Under the pieces are notes generated by a model. That model was not told the DNA's origin, did not search any database, and saw nothing but the letters and a program-made list of their open reading frames with translations. A DNA stretch of 64,000 nt from Actinomycetota bacterium (GTDB taxonomy: Bacteria > Actinomycetota > UBA4738 > HRBIN12). Below are positions 45,104 to 55,109 of the stretch, in pieces. Both the position numbers and the translations under genes were made by a program. How positions within the stretch are numbered: position 1 is the stretch's first letter; every line of letters begins with the position of its first letter. The stretch covers positions 4,061 through 68,060 of the forward strand of contig DATHTO010000005.1 in the NCBI GenBank assembly GCA_035463115.1. The letters are read 5' to 3'.

Positions 45104-47815
45104 GTGACCGCAGTCGTCCCGCCGACGCCCGACCCCGCGCGCCTGGACACCGACGTGGTGCTCCGCGACGGCTCGACGGTCCGGATCAGGACGGCGACCA
45201 CCGCAGACCGCGATCTCGTCGAGGACTACTTCCTCAGCCTCTCCGACGAGTCACGGCGGCTGCGGTTCTGGACCCACAGCGTCGACGTGTCGGAACAGGC
45301 GGCACGCACGGTCGACGTCGACGGCGATCGACACGTCACCGTCCTCGCGCTGATCGGGGGACGCATGGTCGGCGGGTCCCAGTACTTCCGCGAGGGCGCA
45401 TCGGCCCGGGCGGAGGTGAGCGTGAGCGTCGCCGACGATCTCCAAGGGCACGGACTCGGTTCGATCCTGATCGGGCTGCTCGCGCAGATCGCACGCGACC
45501 GCGGGATCCTCCTGTTCCACGCCGAGGTGCTCCCTGAGAACCACCGGATGATCAACGTCTTCCGCGCGACCGGGTTCGTCACGTCGATCCGCGCGAAGCC
45601 CGGCGCCGTGGAGGTGGAGTTCCCGACCACGATCACCGAGGAGACGATCGAGCAGTACGAGGAACGTGAGCGGATCGCCGACGCGAACGCCGTCCGGACC
45701 TTCCTGCGGCCGCGGGCCGTGGCGGTGATCGGTGCGTCGCGTGAGCCGGGGTCGATCGGCGGGCGCCTGTTCCGGAACCTCATCACGCAACCGTTCACCG
45801 GCGTGGTCTATCCGGTGAACCCGAAGGCGCCGGTCGTGCAGGGCGTGACGGCGTTCCCGTCGATCCTCGACGTCCCCGGCGACGTCGACGTCGCGTTCGT
45901 CGTCGTGCCCGCGGTGTTCGTCAACGACGTGGTCCGCCAGTGCGGCGAGAAAGGCGTCCGCTCGCTCGTGGTGATCTCGTCCGGCTTCGGCGAGGTCGGC
46001 GAGGAAGGGCTGCACCTGCAGGAGGAGCTCGTCGCCACGTGCCGCGCCTACGGGATGCGCATGATCGGACCGAACTGCATGGGCGTCACGAACAGCGATC
46101 CGGAGGTACGCCTGAACGGAACGTTCGGCACGGCGTGGGCCCCGGAAGGCCGCGTCGCGTTCATGTCGCAGTCGGGAGCCCTCGGGCTCGCGGTGATGAA
46201 CCAGGCGGCGTCGCTCGGCATGGGCCTGTCGTCGTTCGTGAGCGTCGGGAACAAGGCCGACGTCTCGGCGAACGACCTCCTCGCCTACTGGGACGACGAC
46301 GAGCGCACCGACGTGATCCTGCTCTACATGGAGTCGTTCGGGAACCCGCGGCGCTTCGCGCGCCTCGCGCGACGGATCGGCGAGCGCAAGCCCGTCGTCG
46401 TCGTCAAGAGCGGCCGGAGCGCGGCGGGGCAACGCGCGGCATCGTCGCACACCGGCGCGCTGCTGGCCGCGAGCGACACGACCGTCGACGCCGTGTTCCG
46501 CCAGCACGGAGTGATCCGCACCGACACGCTCGAGGAGATGTTCGACGTCGCGACGCTGCTCGTGAACCAGCCCGTTCCCGAAGGCCCGCGCGTCGCGATC
46601 GTCACGAACGCCGGCGGCCTCGGGATCCAGTGCGCAGACATGTGCGAGGCGCGGGGCCTCGAGGTGATCGAGCTGAGCGACGCGACGGTCGAGCGCCTGC
46701 GCTCGTTCCTGCCCGCCGAGGCCTCCGTCGGCAACCCCGTCGACATGATCGCGTCGGCCACGCACGAGGACTACGGCCGGGCGATCCGCACGGTCGCGGG
46801 CGACCCCGACGTCGACGCGTTGATCGTGATCTACATCCCTCCGCTCGAGCAGGACGCACCCTCGATCGCGCGCGCGATGGTCGACGCGATCGCCTCGCTG
46901 CCACGGACGATCCCGGTCCTCACGTGCTTCATGTCGTCGCGAGGCGTGCCCGACGATCTCCGCGCGCCGGGCGTCCGGATCCCGTCGTACGGCTACCCGG
47001 AGCAGGCCGCGATCGCGCTCGCCCACGCGGCCGAGCACGGCGCGTGGCGGCGACGGCCGCAGGGGCGCGTCCCCCGCTACCCCGGCATCGACGAAGACGC
47101 CGCGCACGGCATCACCGCCCGCGCGCTCAGCCGCGGCGACGAGTGGCTCACCCCGGACGACGTGGGAGAGCTGCTCGACTGCTACGGGCTTCCGCGCGTC
47201 CGCGAACGCAAGGTCGTCGCTCCGGACGAGGCCGGCACGGCCGCCACGGAGCTGGGAACACGCGTCGCGCTGAAAGCCGTCGGACCGATCCACAAGACCG
47301 AGGTGGGCGCGGTCGCGCTCGATCTGTCGCCCGCCGACGTCGCGGACACGGCCCGCGCGATGGCCGAGCGGGTCGCGGCCCACGGCGAACCGCTCGAGGG
47401 GTTCGTCGTCCAGGAGATGGTGCCCGCGGGCGTGGAGATGCTCGTCGGTTCCGCGACCGATCCGGTGTTCGGCCCGGTCGTGGCGGTCGGCGCGGGCGGC
47501 GTGACCGTCGAGCTCACGCGCGACGTCCAGGTCGGCGTCGCCCCGCTCACCGACGTGCAAGCCGACACGATGGTCCGGTCGCTCGCGACGTTCCCGCTGC
47601 TGAACGGGTTCCGAGGCGCCCCGGCCGCCGACGTGCCCGCGCTCGTCGACGTGCTCCTTCGGCTGTCCGCGATGGCCGACGCGCACCCCGAGATCGTCGA
47701 GATGGATTGCAACCCCGTCATCGTGCTCGAGCGCGGCGCCGTGATCGTCGACGCACGGATCCGCGTACGGACGCCCGCCCCGGCGCCGCCCTTCGCGCCG
47801 CGGGCCGGTGACTGA
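45104..47815 (+). CDS. GNAT acetyltransferase fused to an NDP-forming acyl-CoA synthetase-like region (Pat-type protein acetyltransferase, GNAT-first order)
   Basis: Track ORF (979 aa) trimmed to GTG 45104, because its first 76 codons run through selC. TACGAT lies 6 nt upstream. The GNAT part contains HGLGSILIGLL. It is followed by CoA-binding (VAVIGASREPGSIGG), ligase-CoA and ATP-grasp segments. Confidence 0.85.
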   Translation: MTAVVPPTPDPARLDTDVVLRDGSTVRIRTATTADRDLVEDYFLSLSDESRRLRFWTHSVDVSEQAARTVDVDGDRHVTVLALIGGRMVGGSQYFREGASARAEVSVSVADDLQGHGLGSILIGLLAQIARDRGILLFHAEVLPENHRMINVFRATGFVTSIRAKPGAVEVEFPTTITEETIEQYEERERIADANAVRTFLRPRAVAVIGASREPGSIGGRLFRNLITQPFTGVVYPVNPKAPVVQGVTAFPSILDVPGDVDVAFVVVPAVFVNDVVRQCGEKGVRSLVVISSGFGEVGEEGLHLQEELVATCRAYGMRMIGPNCMGVTNSDPEVRLNGTFGTAWAPEGRVAFMSQSGALGLAVMNQAASLGMGLSSFVSVGNKADVSANDLLAYWDDDERTDVILLYMESFGNPRRFARLARRIGERKPVVVVKSGRSAAGQRAASSHTGALLAASDTTVDAVFRQHGVIRTDTLEEMFDVATLLVNQPVPEGPRVAIVTNAGGLGIQCADMCEARGLEVIELSDATVERLRSFLPAEASVGNPVDMIASATHEDYGRAIRTVAGDPDVDALIVIYIPPLEQDAPSIARAMVDAIASLPRTIPVLTCFMSSRGVPDDLRAPGVRIPSYGYPEQAAIALAHAAEHGAWRRRPQGRVPRYPGIDEDAAHGITARALSRGDEWLTPDDVGELLDCYGLPRVRERKVVAPDEAGTAATELGTRVALKAVGPIHKTEVGAVALDLSPADVADTARAMAERVAAHGEPLEGFVVQEMVPAGVEMLVGSATDPVFGPVVAVGAGGVTVELTRDVQVGVAPLTDVQADTMVRSLATFPLLNGFRGAPAADVPALVDVLLRLSAMADAHPEIVEMDCNPVIVLERGAVIVDARIRVRTPAPAPPFAPRAGD

Positions 47816-47842
47816 GCCTCGGTCCTCCACCGCGAGGCCGTC

Positions 47843-49417
47843 GTGCATCGGCACGCCGCGGCGGTGTGGGAGCATCGCGGCGTGACGGACAGCGCCACCC
47901 GCGACGACCGGCCGTTCGCCGTCGTCGACATCGGCTCGAACTCGGGCCGCATGATCGTGTTCCGCGCGCGCGAGGGCGAGCACCTCGACGTGCTCGAAGA
48001 CGCCCGAGCGCCGCTCAGGCTCGCGCGCCAGCTCCGCGACGGCGACCGCCTCGGCGAAGACGCGATCGATCGCACGATCGAGGCGCTGAGCGACTTCAAG
48101 GCCGTGGCGGAGGGAGCGGGCGCGGAGCGGATCGTCGCCGTCGCGACGTCGGCGGTCCGCGAAGCTGCCGACGGCGACGACCTCCTGCGTCGGGCCCACG
48201 ACGTCGGCGTGCCGCTCCGCGTGATCGACGGCGAGACCGAAGCGCGCCTCGGCTTCATGGGCGCGGTCCACGACCTCCCCGTCCGGAGCGGCGTCACGAT
48301 GGACGTCGGCGGCGGAAGCGTCGAGCTCGGCAGCTTCGTCGAGCGCCGGCTCGAGCGGTCGTGGACGCTGCCGCTCGGATCGCTGCGCGTCTCGGACCGG
48401 TTCCTCGAGAACGACCCGCCGACCGACCGCGAGCTCCAGAAGCTCCGCAAGCACGTCGCGACCGCGCTCGCCGACGCAGGCGTCGTGGAGCTCGGCAAGC
48501 GAGAGGACCTCGTCGGGGTGGGCGGCACCGTCCGGAACCTCGCCAAGATCGATCTGCGCCGGACGGATCATCCGCTTCCCGTCCTCCACGCGTACGAGCT
48601 GACGGAACGGCACCTCGACGCGATCATCGGCGATCTGACGGAACGCACGATGAAGCGGCGCGCGCAGGTCTCGGGCCTCAACCCCGATCGCGCCGACACG
48701 ATCGTCGGCGGCGCGCTCGTCGTGCGAGGCGTGATGCAGCATCTCGGAGCGCGACGGCTGCTCGTGTCGAGCCGGGGCCTGCGTGAGGGGCTGGCGCTCG
48801 ACGCGGCCGGTGACGACATCCCGCCGCCGGCCTGGGTGCGCACGATCTCGGTCGCGACGCTCGCCGCGCGGTTCGCGACGTGGGATCCCGTCGTCGCGGA
48901 ACGCCGGGCCGCCGTCGCCCTGCGGCTGCACGAGACCGTGGACCCCGAGGCGCGCCTGTCGATCCGGGAGATGCTCGAGCACGCGGCGACGCTGCTCGAC
49001 GTGGGCCGGGCGATCGACTACTACGACCGCTTCGAGCACGCGGCGATGATCACGACGACGGCCGACCTCGCGGGGTTCACGCACGCCAAGCTGGGGATGG
49101 TGGCCGCGATCCTGCGCCAGGCCGACGACGACACGCGACTCGGCGGGTACGCGCGGCTGATCGACGACGCCGACCGGGCCGCGATCGAGCGAGCATCGAC
49201 GACGGTCGCGCTCGCCGACGAGCTCCTGCGAAGGATCCCACCGTCGGCACCGGCTCGGATCGCGTGCGCGTGGACATCCGACGGCTTCGAGGTCCACGCG
49301 CCCGTGCCGGCCGCGTGGCGACCTCGCGGGGTGGCGGAACGCTTCGCCCGCGTCTTCGGCCGTCCGCTCCGCGTCTCGCCGTCGGTCCGCACCCCGCGTC
49401 CTGTATCCGGGCGCTGA
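47843..49417 (+). CDS. ppx: Exopolyphosphatase / guanosine pentaphosphate phosphohydrolase family
   Basis: Motifs FAVVDIGSNSGRM and MDVGGGSVEL. An alternative GTG start at 47882 has a GGGAG SD. Confidence 0.85.
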   Translation: MHRHAAAVWEHRGVTDSATRDDRPFAVVDIGSNSGRMIVFRAREGEHLDVLEDARAPLRLARQLRDGDRLGEDAIDRTIEALSDFKAVAEGAGAERIVAVATSAVREAADGDDLLRRAHDVGVPLRVIDGETEARLGFMGAVHDLPVRSGVTMDVGGGSVELGSFVERRLERSWTLPLGSLRVSDRFLENDPPTDRELQKLRKHVATALADAGVVELGKREDLVGVGGTVRNLAKIDLRRTDHPLPVLHAYELTERHLDAIIGDLTERTMKRRAQVSGLNPDRADTIVGGALVVRGVMQHLGARRLLVSSRGLREGLALDAAGDDIPPPAWVRTISVATLAARFATWDPVVAERRAAVALRLHETVDPEARLSIREMLEHAATLLDVGRAIDYYDRFEHAAMITTTADLAGFTHAKLGMVAAILRQADDDTRLGGYARLIDDADRAAIERASTTVALADELLRRIPPSAPARIACAWTSDGFEVHAPVPAAWRPRGVAERFARVFGRPLRVSPSVRTPRPVSGR

Positions 49418-49456
49418 CGCCGACTAGCATCGCCCCGACGCGCGAGGGAGGGGTCC

Positions 49457-50320
49457 GTGGCGACGTTGTCGGTGTTCATCTCGGTCGACATGGAGGGCAT
49501 CGCCGGCATCACCACGCTCCGGCAGTGCACGCGTGGCACCGACGACTACGCGTGGGCCCGGCAGCTGATGACGGCCGAGGCGAGCGCCGCCGTCGCGGGC
49601 GCCGCCGACACCGGCGCGCGCAGGATCGTCGTGAGCGACTCCCACGCCGACATGGGGAACCTCCTGCCGCACGAGCTCGATCCCCGTGCCGAGCTCGTCC
49701 AGGGGACGCCGAAGCTCCCGTGGAGCATGCTCGCCGGCATCGACGCGGTGGAGGAGCCGTTCTCCGCGGCCGTCTTCATCGGCTACCACGCCGGCGCGGG
49801 GACCGCGGCCGCCGTGCTCGACCACACCTACAGCGGCGCGTTCACGCAGATCCGGGTGAACGGCGACGCGTGGAACGAGACGCATCTGAACGCCGCGCTC
49901 GCCGGCTCCTTCGGCGTCCCCGTCGTCTTCGTGTCCGGGGACCGAGCGTGCTGCGATCAAGCGAAGGAGCGCCTCCCGTGGCTCCGCACCGTCGCGGTGA
50001 AGGAAGGCCTCGGGAACCGGACCGGGCGATCGCAGTCACCGAGCCGGGCACAGGCGGCGATCCGCGGCCTCGTCCGTGAGTCGATCAAGGGTGTCGAGCA
50101 CGGGAACGCCGAGATCTGGGCGCCCGAGGGTCCGTTCACCCTCGAGGCCGACACCGTGAACACCAACGTCGCCGACGCGATCGCCCTCGCGCCCGGGTCG
50201 GAGCGCAGCGCTCCGCTGGCGGTGCGCTACGAGGCGAGCGACGTCCCGACCGTGTACCGAGCGCTGCTGACCTGGCTGGCCCTCGCGCGTCACCACGCTC
50301 CCGTCTCGCCGGTCGTCTGA
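49457..50320 (+). CDS. Peptidase M55 (DppA D-aminopeptidase) family protein
   Basis: GTG start with GAGGGAGGGG SD. Begins MATLSVFISVDMEGIAGI. 287 aa. Confidence 0.85.
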   Translation: MATLSVFISVDMEGIAGITTLRQCTRGTDDYAWARQLMTAEASAAVAGAADTGARRIVVSDSHADMGNLLPHELDPRAELVQGTPKLPWSMLAGIDAVEEPFSAAVFIGYHAGAGTAAAVLDHTYSGAFTQIRVNGDAWNETHLNAALAGSFGVPVVFVSGDRACCDQAKERLPWLRTVAVKEGLGNRTGRSQSPSRAQAAIRGLVRESIKGVEHGNAEIWAPEGPFTLEADTVNTNVADAIALAPGSERSAPLAVRYEASDVPTVYRALLTWLALARHHAPVSPVV

Positions 50321-50324
50321 CGCG

Positions 50325-51437
50325 TCAGCCCAGCGCCCGGCTGAGGCCCGGATCGACGGGCAGCCAACACTCCACGGTCGTCCCGCGGCCGGGGGCGCTG
50401 TGGACGCGCGCCCATCCACCGGCGAGCTCCGCCCGTTCGACGATCGTCGCCAGCCCGATGTGGCCGGGTTCGGGCATCGCGAGGATCTCCGGCGAGAACC
50501 CCACCCCGTCGTCGGTGACGCGCATCGAAACGCCCTCACCCGCCGTCACGAGGTCGATCGCCACGTGGCCCGCGCTCGCGTGCTTCCGCGCGTTCGCGAT
50601 CGCCTCCTGCGCGATCCGGTAGAGCAACACGCGCACGTCGGGCGACGGTTCGTCGGCCAGCGCGTCGCGGACCTCGCCGGTCCACCCCGTGGTTCGCGCG
50701 GTGTGGTCGACGTAGGAGCGGAGCGCGGCCGTCAAGCCCTCCTGCTCGAGGGCCGTCGGGCGGAGCTCGAAGAGCAGGTTCCGGAGCCGCTCGATCGCCT
50801 CGCGCATGTCGTGCTCGATCGAGGCGAGCTCCTCGGAGGTCGCGAGGGACGGATCGTTCGACAACAGCTGCAACCGCATGTCGACCGCGCTCATCACCTG
50901 GATCGGATCGTCGTGGATGTCGGCCGCGATCCTGCGACGCTCCTCCTCTTGGGCGTTCTCGAGCTTCGCGGCGAGTTCACGCCGCTGCTGCAAGGTCTTG
51001 CGCAGGACGTCGAGGCTCCATCGGAGCTTCTCCTCCGCCTCCTTGCGCTCGGTGATGTCGAGCATGACGCCGCGCCAGTACAGGAGCGTGCCCCCGTCGC
51101 CGCGCACGGGGACGGCCTCGTCGCGGATCCACCGTTCGCGCCCGTCCTTCGCGGTGAACCGGTACTCCTCGACGAAGCGCTCGCCACGCTCGTTCGAGAT
51201 CCGGTGCGCCTTGATGACACGGTCGCGGTCGTCGTCGTGCAGCTGCCGCTGCCACAGGTCGGGATCGCTCCGCCACTCGTCCACCGAGAACCCCAGCAGC
51301 TCGACGACCTGCGGGCTCGTGTACAGGTTCGTCGACGGCTCGTCGGGGCGGTCGATGTAGAGGATCGCCGGCACCCCTTCGACGAGCATCCGGTACGCGT
51401 CGGGATGCAGCCGGTCGAACCGCCACGCCTGCGACAC
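50325..51437 (-). CDS. PAS-domain sensor histidine kinase (HisKA_3 / NarL-partner type)
   Basis: 370 aa. H-box RRRIAADIHDDPIQ. HATPase segment VSMRVTDDGVGF...GLATIVERAE. The GTG start lies 1 nt after the M20 stop. Confidence 0.85.
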   Translation of the reverse strand: MSQAWRFDRLHPDAYRMLVEGVPAILYIDRPDEPSTNLYTSPQVVELLGFSVDEWRSDPDLWQRQLHDDDRDRVIKAHRISNERGERFVEEYRFTAKDGRERWIRDEAVPVRGDGGTLLYWRGVMLDITERKEAEEKLRWSLDVLRKTLQQRRELAAKLENAQEEERRRIAADIHDDPIQVMSAVDMRLQLLSNDPSLATSEELASIEHDMREAIERLRNLLFELRPTALEQEGLTAALRSYVDHTARTTGWTGEVRDALADEPSPDVRVLLYRIAQEAIANARKHASAGHVAIDLVTAGEGVSMRVTDDGVGFSPEILAMPEPGHIGLATIVERAELAGGWARVHSAPGRGTTVECWLPVDPGLSRALG

Positions 51438-51438
51438 G

Positions 51439-52599
51439 TCAGACCCCTCCGATCAGCGCCGCCAGCAGCGTGACGCGCGGCACCACGCTGTCGAGATCGA
51501 GCCACTCGTCCTCACCGTGCGCGCCGCCACCGACCGGTCCGAGACCGTCGAGGGTCGGCGTTCCGGCGGCGCTCGTCGTGTTCCCGTCGGACGCCCCGCC
51601 CGTCGCGGTGTCGGCGAGCTCCATCCCGAGGTCGGCGGCGATCGCCCGAGCCCGCTCGACGAGCGCCGCCGTCGCAGGGCCCTTCTCCATCGGGCGGTGG
51701 GTCCCTTCGGACCGGACGTCGATCTCGACGCCCTCGACCCGCGGCGCCGAGAGGATCGCGGCGACCTCGCGCTCCGCCGCTTCCTGCTCCTCGGCCGTCG
51801 CGGCGCGGACATCGATCTCGAGCTCCGCACGCTCGGGAACGACGTTGGGACGCGTGCCGCCCCGCGCGACGCCGACGTTCACGGTGACGCCCGGCCACCG
51901 CCCGTTCAGCGCCTGCAGCTCGACGATGGCGTGCGCGGCCGCGAGCACGGCGTGGCGTCCCTTCTCCGGCTCGACCCCCGCGTGCGCCGCGCGACCCCGG
52001 AACGTCACGACGTGGTCGGTGACGCCCTTGCGGGCCGACACGATGTCGCCGTTCGCTCGCGCGCACTCGAGGACGAACGCCACGTCGTGCGCCGGCGCCA
52101 CCTCGCGGATCACCGGCCCGGAGAACGGCGAGCCGATCTCCTCGTCGGGGTTGCAGACGTAGGTGATCGAGCCGAACCCGCCGACGCGAGCCGCCCGGAG
52201 CGCGTCGACCGCGACGAACCCCGCGAGCAGGCCCCCCTTCATGTCCGAGACGCCGGGGCCGTAGGCGCGGGATCCCTCGGCGCGGAACGGTCGCGCCGCC
52301 GCCGTGCCCTCGTCGAAGACGGTGTCGGTGTGCCCGACGAGGAGCACGTCGGGTCCGCCGTCCCCAGCCAGACGGCCGATCACGAGGTCGCCGAGCTGCG
52401 GCTCGCCGGGGCGCGGGACGTGTCGCCGTCGCTCGACCTCCCAGCCGCTCTCGCGGAACCACCGCTCGCAGCGGTCCACGATCGCGTTCACACCGTCGGG
52501 CGAGTACGACCCGCAGTCGACGCTCACCATGGCCTCGAGCTCGGCACGGAACCCCCGTTCCATCCGCGCGACGACGTCCCGGAGGGCCTGAACGTCCAT
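51439..52599 (-). CDS. M20 family metallopeptidase (carboxypeptidase G2 / glutamate carboxypeptidase-like)
   Basis: Trimmed from the 655-aa track ORF to ATG 52599. Motifs LLVGHTDTVF, GPGVSDMKGG and NPDEEIGSP. TAGCGT lies 7 nt upstream. Confidence 0.85.
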   Translation of the reverse strand: MDVQALRDVVARMERGFRAELEAMVSVDCGSYSPDGVNAIVDRCERWFRESGWEVERRRHVPRPGEPQLGDLVIGRLAGDGGPDVLLVGHTDTVFDEGTAAARPFRAEGSRAYGPGVSDMKGGLLAGFVAVDALRAARVGGFGSITYVCNPDEEIGSPFSGPVIREVAPAHDVAFVLECARANGDIVSARKGVTDHVVTFRGRAAHAGVEPEKGRHAVLAAAHAIVELQALNGRWPGVTVNVGVARGGTRPNVVPERAELEIDVRAATAEEQEAAEREVAAILSAPRVEGVEIDVRSEGTHRPMEKGPATAALVERARAIAADLGMELADTATGGASDGNTTSAAGTPTLDGLGPVGGGAHGEDEWLDLDSVVPRVTLLAALIGGV

Positions 52600-52677
52600 C
52601 CGACGGACGCTAGCACGAGCGCCGCATCCCACCCGGAACCCGGACGGGCGGAGCGGGTCGTGCGAGGCTTCGGGTGC

Positions 52678-54420
52678 ATGGGTCGAGCCGGGATCGTCGA
52701 CGGACGCCTCCGATGGCGGTTCCCCGTCCTCGTGTCGCTCGACGGGTACGAACGCAGCTGGATCGGACGTGACGTCGGCGCGGGCGTCCTGATCGTCGCG
52801 ATCGCGATCCCGTTGTCGATGGGGATGGCCGAGGTGGCCGGCATGCCGCCCGTGGCCGGTCTCTACAGCTGCGTGCTGCCGCTCGTGGCGTACGCGGTGT
52901 TCGGGTCGTCGCGGCAGCTGGTGATCGCGCTCGACGCGTCGACGGCGGCGATGCTGGGGGCCGCCGTCGCGCCCCTCGCCGGCGGCGACCCGGTCACCTA
53001 CGCGGCGCTCGCGGGCGCCATCACGATCGTGGCGGGTCTGATCCTGCTCGCGGCCGGCGGCGCGCGACTCGGGTTCGTCGCCGACTTCCTGTCCGAGCCG
53101 GTCCTCCTCGGCTACCAGGCCGGCCTCGCGATCGTCGTGATCGTCGGACAGCTTCCGCGCATGACCGGCATCGAGGTCGAGGCCGACCGCACGGGAGCAC
53201 AGCTCTGGGAGGTCGTGCGCGAGGCGGGGGACGTGCATCTTCCGACGGCGCTCGTGGCCGCCACGGTCCTGGGGTTCACCGTGTGGCTCCGCGCGATCCG
53301 TCCCGCGGTGCCCGCGGCGCTGATCGCGGTGGCCGGCGCGACGCTCGTCGTCGCCGCGCTCGATCTCGGCGACGGAAGCGTGGCCGTGCTCGGCGAGATC
53401 CCGCAAGGGCTCCCGCCGTTCCGGCTGCCGGACGTCGGCTGGTCGGCGATCCGGTCGCTCGTCGCTCCCGCGGCAGCCATCGCCCTGCTCGCGGCCGCCG
53501 ACACGCTCGTCAGCTCCCGGGCGTTCGCCGCGCGGAACGGCTACCGCGTCGACGCGAACCGCGATCTGATCGGACTCGGCGCGGCGAACGTCTCGTCCGG
53601 GTTGTCGGGCGGCATCACGACGAGCGCGAGCGCCGCCCGCACGGCCGTCGCGGAATCGGTCGGATCACGGTCACAGGTCGCAGGCGTCACGGCCGCGTGC
53701 CTGATGGTCCTCGTGCTGGTCTTCCTGACGCCCGTGCTGCGTGACGTTCCGACGCCGGCGCTCGGCGCCGTCGTCACCGCAGCGGTGCTGCGGCTGTTCG
53801 AGCCGGCCGCGCTCCGCCGGATCTGGAACGTGCGGCGATCCGAGATCCTCGTGGCCGTCGCCGCCGTGCTCGGCGTCGTGCTGATCGGGGTCCTCGAAGG
53901 CGTCGTCGTCGCGATGGGGCTATCGGTGATCGGCTTCCTGCGGCGCGAGGCGCGTCCGACCGACGCGGTCCTCGTGCCGCTCCCCGGCCGCTACGGGTAC
54001 CACGACCGATCGCGGCATCCCGAGGTCGCTCCGGACGACGACGTCGTCGTGTACCGGTTCGACGCACCGTTGTTCTACGCGAACGCGGAACGGTTCCGGA
54101 CACGGGTCCGCGGACTCGTCGACGAGCACGGCGCCGATGCGATCGTCGTCGACGCGGCCGGTATCGCGAACGTCGATGCGACGTCGATCCGGATGCTCCG
54201 CGAGCTGCTGGAGGAGCTCGACGACGACGGCGTCGTGCTCGTCCTCGCGGACCCGGTCGGGCACGTGAAGGATGCGCTCGTCCGCGGCGGGCTTCCCGGA
54301 CGGCGAGGCGAGGGACTGGTCTTCGACACCCTCGACGAAGGGATCGACAGCGTCCGGCGACGTCGGTCGTGGATCCCGGCCCCGGCGACGGTCCACCGGG
54401 CGGAGGGACCACCGGAGTAG
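52678..54420 (+). CDS. SulP family anion transporter with a C-terminal STAS domain
   Basis: Trimmed from the 967-aa track ORF to ATG 52678. The protein is multi-TM (PLSMGMAEVAGMPPVAGLY). The STAS segment reads VVVYRFDAPLFYANAERF. Confidence 0.85.
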   Translation: MGRAGIVDGRLRWRFPVLVSLDGYERSWIGRDVGAGVLIVAIAIPLSMGMAEVAGMPPVAGLYSCVLPLVAYAVFGSSRQLVIALDASTAAMLGAAVAPLAGGDPVTYAALAGAITIVAGLILLAAGGARLGFVADFLSEPVLLGYQAGLAIVVIVGQLPRMTGIEVEADRTGAQLWEVVREAGDVHLPTALVAATVLGFTVWLRAIRPAVPAALIAVAGATLVVAALDLGDGSVAVLGEIPQGLPPFRLPDVGWSAIRSLVAPAAAIALLAAADTLVSSRAFAARNGYRVDANRDLIGLGAANVSSGLSGGITTSASAARTAVAESVGSRSQVAGVTAACLMVLVLVFLTPVLRDVPTPALGAVVTAAVLRLFEPAALRRIWNVRRSEILVAVAAVLGVVLIGVLEGVVVAMGLSVIGFLRREARPTDAVLVPLPGRYGYHDRSRHPEVAPDDDVVVYRFDAPLFYANAERFRTRVRGLVDEHGADAIVVDAAGIANVDATSIRMLRELLEELDDDGVVLVLADPVGHVKDALVRGGLPGRRGEGLVFDTLDEGIDSVRRRRSWIPAPATVHRAEGPPE

Positions 54421-54429
54421 CATCCGGAG

Positions 54430-55101
54430 GTGCGCGCCGGCGAGCTGAACCTCTGGTGGCGTCTCGGTGCGGCCATCACGATGCCGCTCGTGCGGGCGGC
54501 GTTCCGCGTCCGTGTCGAGGGTCTGGAGCACGTCCCGGCGACCGGCCCGGCGATCCTCGCGTTCAACCACGTGAGCGCCCTGGACGGGCCGGTGCTCGCG
54601 ATCGAGGTCGCGTGGCGCCACCGGCGACGAACGCGGTTCCTCGTCGCGGTGGAGTTCTTCCGACGCCCGCTGATCGGTGGGATCCTCCGACGCTTCGAGC
54701 AGATCCCGATCCGGCGCGGCGCGTCCGACGACGACGCGCTCGACGAGGCGACCACGACCGTCCGCCGGGGGGCCCTCGGCGCGATCGCGCCCGAGGGCTC
54801 CGTGAACGCGGACGGCGCCGTCGAGCTGCAGCGCGTGCGGAGCGGCGTCGCGAGGATCGCCGTGCCCACGGGCGCACCGATCGTTCCGGTCGGGATCTGG
54901 GGGACGCAGCGACGGTGGCCGCGCTCAGGGCTCGCGTTCAGGGCTCCCTGGCGTCCGGCCGTCGCCTTGGCGTTCGGATCGCCGCTGCTCGCGCCGGCCG
55001 ACGCGACCGACGCCGCCGCCGCGGTCGACGACGTGACGGCGAGGCTTCGGGATCGGCTCATCACGCAGGTCGCGCGGGCGAGGGCGATCGCCGCCGAGTG
55101 A
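54430..55101 (+). CDS. plsC: 1-acyl-sn-glycerol-3-phosphate acyltransferase family
   Basis: HX4D motif NHVSALD, plus IAPEGS. TAGCAT lies 6 nt upstream of the GTG. Confidence 0.8.
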   Translation: MRAGELNLWWRLGAAITMPLVRAAFRVRVEGLEHVPATGPAILAFNHVSALDGPVLAIEVAWRHRRRTRFLVAVEFFRRPLIGGILRRFEQIPIRRGASDDDALDEATTTVRRGALGAIAPEGSVNADGAVELQRVRSGVARIAVPTGAPIVPVGIWGTQRRWPRSGLAFRAPWRPAVALAFGSPLLAPADATDAAAAVDDVTARLRDRLITQVARARAIAAE

Positions 55102-55109
55102 GAGCCCGC

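Noticed and set aside
44770-45104. selC as an integration hot spot for a genomic island
   Set aside because: There is no integrase, no direct repeat of the tRNA 3' end, and no compositional shift on either side. The flanking genes are ordinary housekeeping types.
45251-49297. 1348-aa minus-strand ORF
   Set aside because: It is antisense to the Pat-like and ppx genes, with shadow-ORF composition.
8286-53406. Long 5' extensions of track ORFs (8286..10049, 16594..17235, 21428..22540, 22488..23738, 23027..24880, 25469..27496, 30530..32866, 31759..33519, 39739..40881, 51439..53406, 59320..60762)
   Set aside because: The extensions overlap upstream genes or are Arg-rich. Internal starts with an SD, a start/stop overlap or a TANNNT box reproduce canonical protein N-termini and lengths.
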